Shown piece after piece: positions 23,319 to 33,786 of a stretch of 64,000 nt of DNA. Location of the stretch: the NCBI GenBank assembly GCA_040285825.1, contig JAUPSS010000008.1, forward strand, positions 558,001-622,000, read 5' to 3'. The stretch is from Eukaryota sp. TZLM1-RC (lineage: Eukaryota > Protista > Metamonada: BaSk clade). The notes below the pieces were generated by a model. That model was not told the origin of the DNA and made no database searches. It worked only from the letters and a program-made list of their open reading frames with translations. Every line of letters starts with the position of its first letter. The first letter of the stretch is position 1. Position numbers and translations under genes: made by a program.

Positions 23319-24053
23319 CTATACATCTTCTGGTGTTGGGCACACTGATTGTTGACTTATTTCTTCCATTTCAACCTCCTTTGCTGTACTTACCAGAGAT
23401 TGTCTCACGTATCTAGTAAAAAAAGCACAAATAATGAAAAATACAATAGTGCCTAAAATTATAAAAATCAAAGGTAGATTTGACTCGTTCGGATTCAACA
23501 GTGCACCTGAATTATTCCCAATCAACACCCAAGAAGAAATGGATGGAATGGAGCCAACAAATGTTGAGACAATGAAAGTCAAACTTTTCAAAGGAGTGAT
23601 TGAAAGGCAAACATTCAGAACATTCCATGGGAACACTGCAACTAATCGTAGCAGAAATGCCAAAAGGAATCCCCTACTAGTGAATGCGAAATTTAGTGTC
23701 TTCAATCTATCAGATTTCTCAATCGCTTTGCCTGCTCGAGGCCTTATAAGAATTCGACCCAAAAGGAAATTCATAAATGCTCCTATAGTATATCCAACGC
23801 ACGAAAACAATAAACCAAGGACAAAATTATAGACAAATCCAAAGGTCAAATACCAAGGTAAACTTGGAAGGAACAGTGAAACTCCTGCAATATGTGTGGC
23901 TATCAAGAACAACGCCCCTCTTATGCGGTACTTTTCGGCTACTCCTCCTAAGATTTCAACAAGATCATTCAATGGAATATGGCTGAGTAGCAGAGCAATG
24001 AGACCAACAACAATTATGACGGATAAGAGTTGAAGGAGTCGAATAATGTTCAT
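23319..24053 (-). CDS. TVP38/TMEM64 (VTT/DedA) family membrane protein
   Basis: GAFMNFLLGR, FLLRLVAVFPWNVLN, FIVSTFVGSIP. Confidence 0.9.
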   Translation of the reverse strand: MNIIRLLQLLSVIIVVGLIALLLSHIPLNDLVEILGGVAEKYRIRGALFLIATHIAGVSLFLPSLPWYLTFGFVYNFVLGLLFSCVGYTIGAFMNFLLGRILIRPRAGKAIEKSDRLKTLNFAFTSRGFLLAFLLRLVAVFPWNVLNVCLSITPLKSLTFIVSTFVGSIPSISSWVLIGNNSGALLNPNESNLPLIFIILGTIVFFIICAFFTRYVRQSLVSTAKEVEMEEISQQSVCPTPEDV

Positions 24054-24089
24054 ATAGTTTTATTCAAAAGTACTAACTTTAGTTTTTCT

Positions 24090-25875
24090 GCAATAAAACA
24101 GAAGAGTTAGTAAACAGATGCGAAGTTTTGGTAAATCATTAAATCTATTTTTGGACATAAACAAATTGAATAATTTTTAACAATTCAATATTAGTTGATC
24201 ACTATTAATGCTATTGTGAAAAAAGCAACTGTATGTTTTAAAGAATTATTTACCAAAATTGGCATCCGACTTAACTTACTCAAATGTTTTGTTATCGAAT
24301 TCTGCAGTTTCTACAATAGTTGATGGTATTGAAATTTAAGTTAAATTACATTCAATTGATGCTATCCGTCATTTGGGTTCTTTTTTAGGAAATAATGAAG
24401 AAATTACCAAAGAATTGTTTCAAAAGTTGAACTCAATTTCCGATAAAATTGACCGAATGATGACTTTGGATATACAGAAACATATCAAATTTATCATTAT
24501 AAAACTGTGTTTTAGTTCCAACTTCAATCATATATTTCGATCTACAAATCCTCTCGTCACTAGGCCTTTGGCTCAAAAGTTTAATGAGTTGAGTGCAAAA
24601 GTTTTGTCACAATTACTATGATGTAAAATGTTCCAAATTCCAGACCATGCTTATCTTAGTCCATATTATGGCGGTTTAGGTTGGACGAAGGCTTCTATTC
24701 TCACTTCGTGTGCTTTTATTGGTGGATGCAGAAATAGAGTCTCTGAGTTTTCTGAAAGAATTGCCGATTGGGAAGATTTATTAATGACAAAGCAAAGTTC
24801 CACTGTTTTTGCATTAAATGAAGAAATTTCAAAAATTGATGTAGAAAAATGGAGTCGATGTTTTCCCCAATCATTCACTGGCAATATTTCAGAAAAGAAT
24901 CTTTTAAATTTAAAATACACTCTTCGAACATTACAGAAACGATTGACTGGAATGTATGAAAATGATCTTTATAATAATATATGCAGCTCGGCTGTTTTAA
25001 ATCAAGATCTTCACTCATTGTTATTGGAAAAGGGTGTTTGTGAAACCAAGTCATCAGATTCTTCACTTTTTGTAACCATTGTATCACGAAGATTTGAATT
25101 GCGTGCCACTAATGAAACATTTGTAACAAAAATGAGATCATATTTGAATGTCCCCATTAATCAATTATTATCAAAAGAAAAATGTATTTGTTCGAATTCA
25201 CCTCAACTCACTTTGCGCCATGTTCTGAATTGTTCTAAATTGATAACTTATCGTTCTTCATTACATGATGCTGTTAGACAGACTGTTTTCAATATGGCAC
25301 AAACTGCAAGGATATCGTGTATCAAAGAGCCCCTGCTGAAGGAAACACTTTCTCTGAATAATTTTGGATCTGATGATAGAGGTGATGTATACTGTGATTG
25401 GATTGATAATTCTGAAGCTATTGTTGACTTTGTCCCATGTAATGTTGCAAATGATACTTTGGTTCACAGAAGAAAACTTAATCCTGTGGCTGCTCTGGAT
25501 TTTAAAGCAAAAGAGAAACATAGAAAATATGATAAAGATATTGAGGAGGCTAATGTCAATAGAAATACACAGCTGGTTTTTATTGCTTTCCCATTTTCGA
25601 TAAACGGAAGACTATCAGTAGAAGCAGAAACTTTTTTGAATGATTTCCAAAAAATGGTTCAAGGAAAAACAACGAAAAGACTTGATATTTTTTTATGGCG
25701 TTCTCGGATTCAATTTGTCATTATTAATAAATTACCTCGGTTTTTCAATCGGATAAGAGAAGCTTTAGCTAGACAGCAAGCAGATCAAGATTATGTAGAG
25801 GAAATCTTGGTTCAATGATTTTCGTCCCATTAGTTATGAGTTTATTTTCTTAAGTGTGCAAGTTCAATAAATATT
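24090..25875 (+). mobile_element. Longest RLE non-LTR retrotransposon copy (end of RT, GGLG, CCHC, RLE)
   Basis: IGIRLNLLKC, RHLGSFLG, SPYYGGLG, CICSNSPQLTLRHVLNC, RGD, KEKHRKYD, AATAAA at the 3' end. Confidence 0.92.
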
Positions 25876-25991
25876 TATTAATGCTAGTGATTAAATTAGT
25901 TCCACTATTATAATCAATACCTAACCCTGGCTGGGTAAAGTTCAAAAAAGTGGCAACTTTGATAAAAAAGTTTGATCCTCCTTGTTTGTTA

Positions 25992-26504
25992 ATGGCACAA
26001 TGTGAATCTCATCCAATTAGTCATAATCGACGCTTCTTTCTTGAGCTATCTAAGGGAACAGTTGCGTCTTTGATTGCTTCAGTTGTGGACTATCTTGTCT
26101 ACTTGCTCATCTACTTTGTTTTTGATGCAGTCAGGTGGGCTGCTATCATCGGTTTCATTTGTGGTGCTCTTGTTCACTTCTGTCTTTGTTTTCGGTTTGT
26201 TTTTCAAGAAGATACTGAAACAACTGTTATTTCCAAATTGCTTTTATACACCAGTGTATCTTTTAGCACATTGGTCATTCATTCAAATTTGGTCGTGTTC
26301 TACGTGGCATTAGTTGGACCGTTTGTTGCTTGGCCTCTTTGCCGTAGCTTTCTATTCCTTACGTTTACATTTCCTCTATACAAATATGTTGTATTTGGGC
26401 GTTTTGGCTTGTTTCTAGAAGGTTTCGTTGTTTCTTGTTTCACAAGATCTTCAAAAAGTAAGCCTCCAGGTGATGATCACAGTCACTTTCCAGCTGATTT
26501 GTAA
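25992..26504 (+). CDS. GtrA-family small multi-pass membrane protein
   Basis: SLIASVVDY..Y, A.IIGFICGALVHF.L..RFVF, F.LYKYVVF. Confidence 0.75.
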   Translation: MAQCESHPISHNRRFFLELSKGTVASLIASVVDYLVYLLIYFVFDAVRWAAIIGFICGALVHFCLCFRFVFQEDTETTVISKLLLYTSVSFSTLVIHSNLVVFYVALVGPFVAWPLCRSFLFLTFTFPLYKYVVFGRFGLFLEGFVVSCFTRSSKSKPPGDDHSHFPADL

Positions 26505-26799
26505 AAATAGACATTCTATAGTGCAGTTTAAATCTATGTATTCACTTATTTTTGTATACTTTTCGATGTTTGTCAATTTGTTTTTAAATAGTTTTATCTT
26601 TGATTTATTTCAAACAAGTTCAATTGTGAAACTGAAAGTTAAAGTGTCAGTATATGGTTCTCATTACTGTAGATTAATGGCATCCAAAAAGCGAAAAACA
26701 TATATAGGAAAAGACATTCCAGAAAAAGGAAAGTTTGGTTGAATTGCAAAATCAACTTATAAACGATAACGCAGCTTTTTCAGTCATTTGTCCCTTTCA

Positions 26800-27070
26800 T
26801 CTCAGATATAAAGCTGGCAGTGGGCTCTCACAAGGTACTGTTGATGGCTTGTCGTGGCCGAGATCGATTTGCTAAACGGAATGCTGGTTTTACTTATTTC
26901 TTCTTGGTTTTTTTGGAAGCGTTGGATATCGGGTGTGAAGTTTCTTGAAAATTTCATATGTTTGATAAAAGAAGACATACACAGGAAAGAAGTAGGTGAT
27001 TGAGCAACAATAATGAAGAAGACAAAACAGCATTGTGAATTTTCAATCCTACAGTAGTTGATTGCAAGCA
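26800..27070 (-). mobile_element. Decayed RLE non-LTR 3' fragment
   Basis: Resembles the VKFLE.F..LIK region of 63050-63150. Confidence 0.4.
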
Positions 27071-27129
27071 CTTTTTGTTCATTTACATCTTTTTATGGTC
27101 ATTTTAACAACATGAATACAAACATCGCA

Positions 27130-27714
27130 ATATATTTAGAAAACTTAAAATACATCAGGTTAACATTAAGACTGATTCAGAAGCAATCTTATATACAATA
27201 TAGAATGGACTAGAAACAAAATAGGGTGACTGCAAAAGAATATATATTGATAACTCTGATATTAATCCTTCTGTCAAAAAATTGCCCTTGCTGCTACTAC
27301 TTCAGGTAAGTCTTAATTATTCAATTCTTCTGCAGATTTACATACTGGATTAATTCATTCAATGAAACTTTAAAGGGATAAATGAGTTCATTTCAGGTAC
27401 CATCAAAATCAACAAAGTTTTCATTATAAAAGTACCAATTGTAAAAAAATAAGGAATAGTGTTCGGAAGACACACATTTCACAGTAACTAGGTCTACTGG
27501 AAGGGTAATTGATCCATCAACTATGAATTACCCCAAGCACAACAACAAAGGATGGATTTAAACAGCAGTGTAATTGATCAAATGACTTAGAGAACGATTA
27601 GTTTATTAAGAGGAAACGTACCTCAAAGAATTAATCCTTGCTCTTTAAAATTGGAAAACAACCTTCCACATCCGTATTGAATTGTTATAGACAATATCTT
27701 TAACATGAGTGCTA
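27130..27714 (+). pseudogene. Decayed, internally deleted Fanzor relic with retained right-end tip
   Basis: 27140-27635 aligns with 31910-32440 (e.g. caacaacaaaggatggatttaaacagcagt); 27681-27714 is identical to 33185-33218. Confidence 0.85.
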
Positions 27715-28524
27715 TAATATATTGACAAGTGCAAAATTTGATAAATAAGCTCATTATTTTCACTACATGTCAGACACACCCCCTGGTCCAAATAAAATTC
27801 AGAATTATATGGATTCGCTGCTGAGTGAAACCATCCAGGAGCAAGCTTGCATTGAGCCCTACTGGGAGCTCATTTCCAGCCCTCCTGAGATTCCACCTTC
27901 ACAGGTGAGTTCTTGTTCAACCAAATGTAACAAGGGAACTTTTTCTCATGAAGACTCTCCTTCCCATTTGGTTGAAAATAGACTACTTGGTCAGATTGTC
28001 TCTTCCTCTTTTTTAATTGAGAAGGGTCGATGTGTCCAAGTAGTCCATCATGAAGTTTTTAAAAATTGTTTTTTAATTAATTATTCCACATTTTTGATTA
28101 ATAAACATTTTTTAAATCCTTCAAGAAAACACACTATCTATGAATTTGCTGGTCGTGTCTGGGGCACGAACCTGGAAGCTGTTTGTGTTTCACACATCAG
28201 TCTTTCCACCCACAGCCTCTTTATAGAAAAGAGCAAGTCATTTTGTGTTTATTTTGGAAAGATTGATGATCCATCTGATAAAATCTTTTTTAATTTTTTT
28301 ATTAAAAATTATATAAATTTAATTCCTTTTTATAATAACAATATATATTTTAAAAAAATTAATTTATCAGGTGGAGGGCAACAAAGTGATGATTTCAAAG
28401 ACAGGTGGTTAGATGATGAACAAATCACTGATTCGATCAACAACTTTATCAATCAGTCATCAACTCCACTGTCACATCACAAAATACTTGTTTGGTCCAT
28501 CGCATCAGCCCTATTGTTTTTTAG

Positions 28525-29352
28525 TGTTGTTGTCGAACTTAAATTGATTTAGTAGGTATCTTTGTATTTTGACTGATGACGTGATACTCGTTTATGAATC
28601 AGTTTTATTAATAAACTTAGATTTCTCTCTCTCCTTCGTGTGTTCATCTGCCTAACGGCATCAATAATTATTGGCCCTTCTTATTTCAGATGACTGTTCC
28701 CTCTGTTAACCTGACGTCTCTTTCTTCCATGAAAGTTGAAAGTGTTCTTCTGTTCCTATAGGAGTGAAAGATTTATTCTTCGGTGACTCCTAAGAAAGAG
28801 CTTGTTCCAGCAAGACTCTTGGTCGATTCTTTTCTGTTAGAGTCCCTATCTCTCCAGAAATGCGACGTCTCATCCAGTGACGATGTTCTTCTCAGACATC
28901 TACAATCTGTCGTATCGTTCGTCACGTACGAAGATTTTAGTCTGGCTATGTCAGAACTGAAGCTTGATGTCCGTATTGGTGACGTCCGAGAACGCATGTC
29001 CTGTTACCTGCGACGTTTCCTCCAGGTAAAGAGTAGGGCTTCCGGACTGAAGTTGCCAGACATAGCTTTTCTGAACCGATTTGCCAGAGGAATTCTTCCC
29101 GTAGGTCTCCAACGTTCTCATACCAACGATGCACCGGAGTATTTAACAAACCCCATATCTTCCCTCTATTGAGCCAGTACTGTATTTGTCCTCAGAAAAA
29201 TGGGAAAAAGTAGTGTTGTTGTCGAACTTAAATTGAATTAGTAGGTATCTTTGTATTTTGACTGATGACGTGATACTCGTTTATGAATCAGTTTTATTAA
29301 TAAACTTAGATTTCTCTCTCTCCTTCGTGTGTTCATCTGCCTAACGGCATCA
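28525..29352 (+). mobile_element. Non-autonomous short-LTR retroelement (139-bp LTRs at 28525-28663 and 29214-29352) with a gag-like internal fragment
   Basis: TG...CA LTRs differing at about 1 nt, TTAG target-site duplication, polypurine tract before the 3' LTR, internal ORF 28783..29172. Confidence 0.92.
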
Positions 29353-31038
29353 TTAGGGGATTTGTTCAAGAGGATTTTTGCTCACAATTTATCAATTCTG
29401 ACGATGGAGAAAATACATTGATTCTTCTACCCTATAATGATGCATTTCATCAATCAAATTTGATTGCATCGGTTGACGGACAATTTACCATTGGGCAACA
29501 TTGGGTACTTGTTGCATTTTGGATCAAATCCAGAACAGTAAAAGCTTTTCTTTTTGATAGTCTTCGTCATAATGAAGAACAACATCAAAAAATTAATTCA
29601 GTAATTTTTGAAAACTTGGAATCAATATCAGTCAGAATTTATCAGAATTTTTTCAATCTAATTTGTATGATTGTGGAATATTCACCATATTGTTTGCAAA
29701 AAAGAATGATCAATTTGTTTTTGTCAAATCAGCTCAATTCAATTGATTCAGCTCATGTTAAACATTTTGTCAATCAAGACAAAAGTTGTTTTTATAGCTG
29801 TGTTGACAATGAACGAAAATCATTTGAGACAAAGAAATGCTCCTCTGTACAAAAAACCATCAGAAAAAGACGAGCTGATGTATTGAAAAGACCTTGGAAA
29901 CGTTTAAAAACACTTTTCAATGAGAATCCACTGACTCAATTTAAATACCCTTTAGTGACATTATCAAATGTCAAAACACAATTTATTCTCAAAATTCTAC
30001 ATTTTGATATTGAAACTTTGGTGTTGGGTAAAAAGCTCAGTGATGAGGATGAAATAATTGTCATTGCTGCAAGAGAACATTCCATCTCTTACTGTCAATC
30101 TACAAGAAAGATTGTTGCAAATTCTGTTTCTCATATTTTTACTCGAGAACAGATTGAACTAAATCTTTGTTTTTGTGATCTTGTAGAAAAATCAACAAGC
30201 AGAAATGAACATTATTGCAAAGTTGATGATAAAGATATCACTTTATATCATCATTCCTCTGAAAAAGAATTGCTGAGTTCATTTGAAAAATTATTAGAAA
30301 CTTATAATCCTCATATAATATGTGGTTTTAATATTCTCAATTTTGACATCCCACATATTATGAAACGTTCTGAAAATGAGGACTTTTTTAAGGGCGAAAT
30401 CGGTGCTACTGAATGGGTTCAATTCTATAACTCAAATTTAATAGAATTGAATCATAAACACTTGAACCCCTGAATTGCTGGTCGATTTGTTGTTGATACT
30501 TGTAGTATTTACACAAATTATTACCAACCACGCAAACTAAACACAGTTTCTAAAATTTTATTAGGGGAAAGTAAAATTGACCTTGATCCTCAATATATTG
30601 CAAAGTATTGGAAGGTTCATGAAGATGATCCCTTCTCAGATTTTTCCTTATCCCAAAGAAGAACTGCAGTTGTAGTTTATTGTTTAAGGGATACAGATTT
30701 AACCATGAAATTATTTAATTTCTTTAACAATGACCAATTCATGGAAACTGTTAAACATAAACCTTATGATGGTTATAAAGACAGTCTAAAAAATGTCATC
30801 AGAGATCCGAAAATGATTGACGTGATCGATGAGGCAGTAATTAGGTGTCAGGAAATTTCTATTGTTGGTATAGAATTCATTTGTGGTTATTATTTGCATC
30901 TTTTTGACTTGAACCCAAATGCTATTTTACCAAAAATTGAAACCCAATTATTTCGTGACGCTTTTCTTGTGGTCACGTCCCAAAGCGATGAGGAAAGTTC
31001 CCTTAACGCAAACACAAAAACAGCTTTGCAAAATTCTC

Positions 31039-31408
31039 GTTGTGCCCCGTTGTTGGAATTCTATCACCAACACTTTAAAGAAAAACTTGTTCCAAAAGTT
31101 TTATCAAAAAAAGGAATCAGTAATATTTTGTATTACACAATTGACAAACTGATTGTGAATTTCAAAAATAACATCCAAGAGCATTACTTTGATTACTTGG
31201 ATCGGTTTGTCGATGTTTTTTATGTTGTGCCCCGTTGTTGGAATTCTATCACCAACACTTTAAAGAAAAACTTGTTCCAAAAGTTTTATCAAAAAAAGGA
31301 ATCAGTAATATTTTGTATTACACAATTGACAAACTGATTGTGAATTTCAAAAATAACATCCAAGAGCATTACTTTGATTACTTGGATCGGTTTGTCGATG
31401 TTTTTTAT
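31039..31408 (+). repeat. 185-bp tandem duplication inside the Fanzor ORF (frameshifting)
   Basis: 31039-31223 is repeated at 31224-31408. Confidence 0.95.
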
Positions 31409-33124
31409 GATGTTAAGAGAAACAACAATGTTCTGAAAAACAGGATAAGAAAAACTTCTCATCATTCATCAGCAAAGTTAAATCCCTCCTTCTAGAAGTA
31501 TGTAGAGATATTGATGGCGAAACTTCTACAATGAGAAACAAAGTCTCATCAATTACTTCGCTTTTCATTAATGACTAGATCCCTCTTTTACTTCCCAGTA
31601 ATTCTAAAAGGGAAAAGTATTCAAAATTGATTTTTCGTCAAAATCAAATTATTATTTGAGGGCAATGTTTTATATTAATAATTATTTAGAAGATGAGGAG
31701 AGTAAACTCTTTCATGCTCTGTCTTTGAATAATTCTTGTATTCCCTCGTATATCAGAATTGACAAGACAAGTTTATTGGACATGTTCTTTGTCCAATTCA
31801 AAGGCATTCTTGGTCCAAGGTCGTCTTATCAATGCAATAATCAAGCTGCTGATTTGGTTTTATGGGACACCATTTTAAAAATGGACGAGATTAAAAACAC
31901 TAAACTTTATGCAGAAAATTCCAAGTACATCATGTCTAGTATTGAGACTGATGGAATAGCAGTATCATTCATTCAATCTAGAATGGACTTGAAAAAGTAC
32001 AAAGTAACTGCAAAAGAATTAAAAGATAAAGAAAAATATATTGATGACCGCAGCATCAATCCTTCTGAATTTCAAGATATGACCCTTGCTGCTGCTGATC
32101 CAGGAAAATCTGATCTACTCTATTTTTCTGCCAATTTAGCTACTGGAATGACTCATTCAAAAAAAACCTGAGAGAGATAAATATGTTCATTTCAGGTACA
32201 CTCAAAATCAACAAAGATTTGATTCGAAAAGTTCCAAATTCAAAAGAATAAGAGACAGCATACGTAATGACACTCTTATCACAATAAGTGACTCCACTGG
32301 TAGAGTGATTGATCTATCCAATTATGAACCATCTGAAGAACAACAACAAAGGATGGATTTAAACAGCAGTATAATTAATCAAATGACTGAAAGAACAATT
32401 AGTTTATTAAGAGGTGAAGTACCTCAAGAAATCAATATTCCCCACGAAATTGATTACTCATTAAATTTGAGAAATAATGATCACACGACTAATTCTGAAA
32501 CAAATTGGGAAGCAACTTTATCCCAATTCAATTCCAAAAGCTGCAGGTTTGATAGATATATGGAGTATATCAAACAAAAGAATTTTGTGAATAGTATTGT
32601 TGGTCAAGTCTATCATCAAAAAATATTTAGGAAACTAAGATGGTGGACTGAGATTAATCGCACAAGATCTGAGGCAAAAATGATTCAGAGATTCAAATCA
32701 GTAATTGGTGATCCCAGCCAAGTAGTTATTGGAATCGGAGACTGGGAACAACGAAAACACATAAAATTCAAAGAACCTACCAAGGGAAAAGGTTTGAGAA
32801 TTCTATTTAAAAAGGCTGGTTATAAAGTCTTTTTGATTGATGAGTTTCGAACCAGTTGCTGTTGTTTCAACTGTAAGAAAGCGGAGAAGACAGTTGAAAC
32901 ATTCCAGTGGTGCAAAAATCCTTAGCCATGGAAGAGGCATGAGGTGTCTATTCGTCACGGGCTTACCATGTGTACATAATGCGAAAGTTTGTGGAATAGA
33001 GATCGAAATGCTTCGCTGAATATGTTGGCAGTTTTGAAAGCACATGTAAATGGTGGAGATAGACAGGAATACCTGCAGAGAGTCAAGGTTGACAGTGGTT
33101 CAAAGAAAAAGGTATTGAGAAGAA

Positions 33125-33218
33125 AATCTTCCACTTCCCAAAAACTCAGTCCCTCTACATCGGCGTAAAAAGGACACTTATTTCATTGTTATAGACAATA
33201 TCTTTAACATGAGTGCTA
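33125..33218 (+). ncRNA. Putative Fanzor omegaRNA / right end (family 1), overlapping the Fanzor stop and the HD-gene ATG
   Basis: Conserved with 20710-20800 and 2386-2445; predicted stems GTCC/GGAC, ATTGT/ACAAT, CACTTA/TGAGTG. Confidence 0.75.
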
Positions 33219-33775
33219 ACTTAAGTGCAATCATCTCATTTCTTTCACAAGTAGGAACATTGAAAAGGGTAAAACGAACAGGTTGGCTTTTAAGTGGGAT
33301 CAGCTCCTCACAAACGGAAAGCGTTGCTGATCATTGTTTTAGAATGAGTCTGATGGCTCTATCTCTTGGTCACCTGTTTCCTTCCATCGATCTTTCACGA
33401 GCTATCACAATGTCTATTGTCCATGACATTGCCGAATCTATAATTGGTGACATTACCCCTGGTTCGCCTGAATCTGTTGACAAGAGAGCCAGGGAACTTG
33501 CAGCATTACAAACCTTAATAATTGATCTTCCTCTCAACCTACAACAACTGATTCGGGATTTATTTTGTGAATATGAAGATCAAAATACTCCTACCAGTCG
33601 ATTCTGTAAGGCTATGGATAAACTTGAGATGGTTTTGCAAGCTGCTGAGTACGAAAACAGCCAAGACTTGCCCCTTCCCCAGTTCTTTGACTCGGTGAAA
33701 GAGCACGTGAAAGAGTGGGATGACGAAACTATTTCTAATGTGTTTGATATTATTATAAAAATGAGGAAGTTTTGA
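33209..33775 (+). CDS. HDDC2: HD-domain 5'-deoxynucleotidase, HDDC2-like
   Basis: LKRVKRTGW, ESVADHCFRM, VHDIAESIIGDITP, EYE, DKLEMVLQAAEYE. Confidence 0.93.
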   Translation: MSANLSAIISFLSQVGTLKRVKRTGWLLSGISSSQTESVADHCFRMSLMALSLGHLFPSIDLSRAITMSIVHDIAESIIGDITPGSPESVDKRARELAALQTLIIDLPLNLQQLIRDLFCEYEDQNTPTSRFCKAMDKLEMVLQAAEYENSQDLPLPQFFDSVKEHVKEWDDETISNVFDIIIKMRKF

Positions 33776-33786
33776 ATTTATTTAAC

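Larger units (their letters stand above)
27767..33168 (+). pseudogene. Composite Fanzor ORF: unknown N-terminal domain, LSGG, Ulp1/DEN1-like C48 protease, PolB-type DEDDy exonuclease, Fanzor1; disrupted
   Basis: WLDDEQI, ILLPYND, GQHWVLV, FDSL; FDIET, GFNILNFDIP, YCLRD; then in frame YKDSLKNVI..AVIRCQEI, NNIQEHYFDYLDRFVD, PSYIRID, IETDGIAVS, ADPGK, GIGDW, IDEFRTSCCC..C, WNRDRNASLNM. Confidence 0.85.

Noticed and set aside
28525-29352. CRISPR-like repeat array
   Set aside because: Only two 139-bp repeats, with TG..CA ends, a TSD and a polypurine tract: these are LTRs
30471-30473. Stop-codon reassignment (TGA read as Trp)
   Set aside because: TGA, TAA and TAG all end conserved host genes here; internal stops occur mainly in decayed elements and come with frameshifts
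29418-30720. Host DNA polymerase delta, or a Polinton/viral polB gene
   Set aside because: Only the exonuclease domain is present; no polymerase, integrase or capsid motifs, and it runs into Fanzor
33165-33211. Spliced-leader relics from retroposed trans-spliced mRNAs
   Set aside because: The motif is continuous with Fanzor coding sequence and at least two different sequences occur; a single invariant leader would be expected
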